Positions 5,656 to 6,821 of a stretch of DNA of 6,821 bases are shown in pieces (within the stretch, counting starts at the first letter, position 1; each line of letters begins with the position of its first letter). The notes under the pieces were generated by a model that saw only the letters and a program-made list of their open reading frames with translations, was not told the DNA's origin and searched no databases. A program made the position numbers and the translations under genes. Origin of the DNA: an uncultured archaeon (GTDB lineage: Archaea; Iainarchaeota; Iainarchaeia; Iainarchaeales; CSSED10-239); the NCBI GenBank assembly GCA_964463155.1, contig CAYXAY010000037.1:1-6821 (forward strand), given 5' to 3'.

Positions 5656-5714
5656 GCTTTAGTTATTTAGTTAATATTAATTAAGGTTATTGCCAGAGGT
5701 AATGCAACTAAAGC
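5656..5714 (+). other. Candidate structured RNA element: 9-bp outer stem enclosing two small internal hairpins
   Basis: The segment gctttagtt (5656-5664) is the exact reverse complement of aactaaagc (5706-5714). The 41-nt interior contains the palindrome ttaatattaa and a short hairpin attgcc-aga-ggtaat (6 bp including one G-U pair). It lies in a ~250-nt stretch with no credible ORF. The strand is not determinable. Confidence 0.25.
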
Positions 5715-5833
5715 AATAAGTAATCAAGCACATAATCAAAAACAACAATTAAGCTAATAACCCGGATACCTGCTATTTAAAGTTTCATTTAAATTGTCAT
5801 TGTTGAGATAACGAATATTGTAATAATAGAGAA

Positions 5834-5929
5834 ATGAGAGGAACAAAAAGTTCAATAAATTCACACACCCTTTGTGAAATTTGTGGTATTAATACTGGTT
5901 ATAGAGGCACATTTTCAATAATGGATTAA
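5834..5929 (+). CDS. 31-codon mini-ORF (MRGTKSSINSHTLCEICGINTGYRGTFSIMD) with eL37-like N-terminus; possibly a remnant or non-coding
   Basis: ATG at 5834 and TAA at 5927-5929. The pattern M-x-G-T-x-S-S...H-T-L-C-x-x-C-G resembles the N-terminus of ribosomal protein eL37 ([23 protein letters not shown]). It lacks the basic residues and the second CxxC pair, and no other frame supplies them. There is no convincing Shine-Dalgarno motif. Confidence 0.2.
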   Translation: MRGTKSSINSHTLCEICGINTGYRGTFSIMD

Positions 5930-5958
5930 ATAATTTAATCTTTAAAGATTAAATTATT
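5929..5958. repeat. Perfect 30-bp palindrome (15-bp arms, no spacer) between convergent 3' ends; candidate bidirectional terminator hairpin
   Basis: The arm aataatttaatcttt (5929-5943) is the exact reverse complement of aaagattaaattatt (5944-5958). The palindrome overlaps the last base of the mini-ORF stop and the TAA of the Endo IV gene (5954-5956). A T-rich run follows on the plus strand. Confidence 0.5.
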
Positions 5959-6821
5959 CTTTTTTTATTTTTTCATACTCTTTTTTTAAAACTAAAGCAT
6001 CGGTGTGTGGCACAGGGCTTTCGGAGATGATGACCCCAGAGGCCTTGCTTTCAACAAGCTTTTCAAGAATTTTCGTGTAAGGAAAATCCGAGTCTTTCAA
6101 AAACACATGGTTTCTTTCGCCTTTTGGGGAGTATTCAATCCCTGACATATGACAATGTATTTTCTTTAAGTAATCAGGATAACTGTTCAGCTTTTCAAAA
6201 AAAGAATAAATGTTTTTCTGCTCTTTGAAAAACCCATTTCCACGAGCATGCTGATGCGAGAAGTCAATTACTGGTAGTACATTTTCTGATTTATATTTGT
6301 CATAAAAATAAAAGACATCTTCAAAGGAACCAACTTGTGTTTCTTTTCCTGTAAGTTCCAAACCAATGTTTATTTTTTCTTTGTTTCCTTTTTTTTTAAC
6401 TTGTTCAATTATCTCCCCAATTCCATTAGAGATTTTAGAAAGAGCCTCTTGTCTCTCTTGTTTTTGAAAATAACCCGCATGGAAAAGAGCAATTTTTGAA
6501 CCAATCTCTTGTCCAACTAAAAGTGTGTTTGTGATATAGCAAATACTGTTTCTAATAATCTCTAGATCAAAAGAACAAAGATTAATGTAGTAGGGGCAAT
6601 GTATACTAAGTAAAATCTGTTTTTCTTCTGCAGTCTTTCTAATCTCTTTTAGTTGTTCTTTGTTATTAAGCTTAAGATAAACCCCTCTAACAAACTCAAT
6701 TTCAAGAGCCTCTAAACCATAAGAAGAAACCTGATGTATACCAAGAGTTGTCTGGTCTTTTATTTTTGGCAATATCCGATTACCAACTCCAGGAATTCCA
6801 GCAGTTCCAAAAAAAAGTTTA
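5954..6821 (-). CDS. Endonuclease IV-family protein (AP endonuclease 2 / xylose-isomerase-like TIM barrel), 5' end beyond window edge
   Basis: Metal-ligand motifs appear in Nfo order: HCPYYINLCS, LFHAGY, IGLELTG, VIDFSHQHARG, IHCHMSG, GERNHV and VIISESP. The reading frame stays open upstream of the ORF-track TTG (6770-6772) to the window edge. That upstream stretch translates as KLFFGTAGIPGVGNRI, and FGTAGIP is the conserved N-terminal strand I recall from archaeal Endo IV-like proteins. The true start is therefore at or just beyond 6821. Confidence 0.85.
   Translation of the reverse strand, partial: KLFFGTAGIPGVGNRILPKIKDQTTLGIHQVSSYGLEALEIEFVRGVYLKLNNKEQLKEIRKTAEEKQILLSIHCPYYINLCSFDLEIIRNSICYITNTLLVGQEIGSKIALFHAGYFQKQERQEALSKISNGIGEIIEQVKKKGNKEKINIGLELTGKETQVGSFEDVFYFYDKYKSENVLPVIDFSHQHARGNGFFKEQKNIYSFFEKLNSYPDYLKKIHCHMSGIEYSPKGERNHVFLKDSDFPYTKILEKLVESKASGVIISESPVPHTDALVLKKEYEKIKKE

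Noticed and set aside
6770-6772. TTG start proposed by the ORF track for the endonuclease IV-family gene
   Set aside because: The frame remains open to the window edge, and the upstream codons encode KLFFGTAGIPGVGNRI, which looks like the conserved N-terminal strand of the family. The real start is therefore beyond 6821.
1-6821. Search for CRISPR arrays, tRNA/rRNA genes, transposase/integrase genes, terminal inverted repeats, toxin-antitoxin pairs or known defence-system domains
   Set aside because: I saw no regularly spaced direct repeats and no tRNA-like cloverleaf or T-loop (GTTCGAAT-type) motifs. There are no DDE, tyrosine or serine recombinase motifs, and no recognisable nuclease, TIR, CARF or SAVED effector domains in any of the supported ORFs.

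Overview
This is a strongly AT-rich, gene-dense 6.8-kb window. It holds seven well-supported protein genes and shows no rRNA, tRNA, CRISPR array or IS/transposase signature. On the plus strand, an orphan Lys-rich helical protein (25-735) sits 5 nt upstream of a DHH/DHHA1 phosphoesterase (741-1688). A COG2509-type FAD-dependent dehydrogenase follows (1744-3117). Converging on these genes are two minus-strand genes. The first is a 210-aa protein at the window centre (3109-3741), whose stop region overlaps the FAD gene by 9 bp. The second is a long-form CofE-like (F420-0:gamma-glutamyl ligase family) protein (3820-5007). A divergent promoter region then leads to a zinc-ribbon protein with a disordered tail (5109-5582). 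After that comes an unusually long ~370-bp non-coding stretch with a hairpin, direct repeats and a 31-codon eL37-like mini-ORF. The window ends with a convergent endonuclease IV-family TIM-barrel gene (5954 to beyond 6821, 5' end off-window). Expression signals look archaeal: a consensus TTTATATA box at leaderless spacing, oligo-T tracts after stops, and GGTGA/GAGGA Shine-Dalgarno motifs. The gene set suggests a small-genome (DPANN-like) archaeon, but a CPR bacterium cannot be excluded from sequence alone. The main finding is the central 210-aa ORF. It carries essentially every signature motif of a GGDEF nucleotide cyclase, with AGDEF at the active site. However, the segment that is normally C-terminal (SxGxA strand plus the AD-ALY-AK-GRN helix) sits at the N-terminus. 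This suggests a minimal, stand-alone, circularly permuted GGDEF-like cyclase. It lies about 1.4 kb from a DHH/DHHA1 phosphodiesterase, so the two may form a cyclic or linear oligonucleotide signalling module in a lineage where GGDEF signalling is essentially undescribed.
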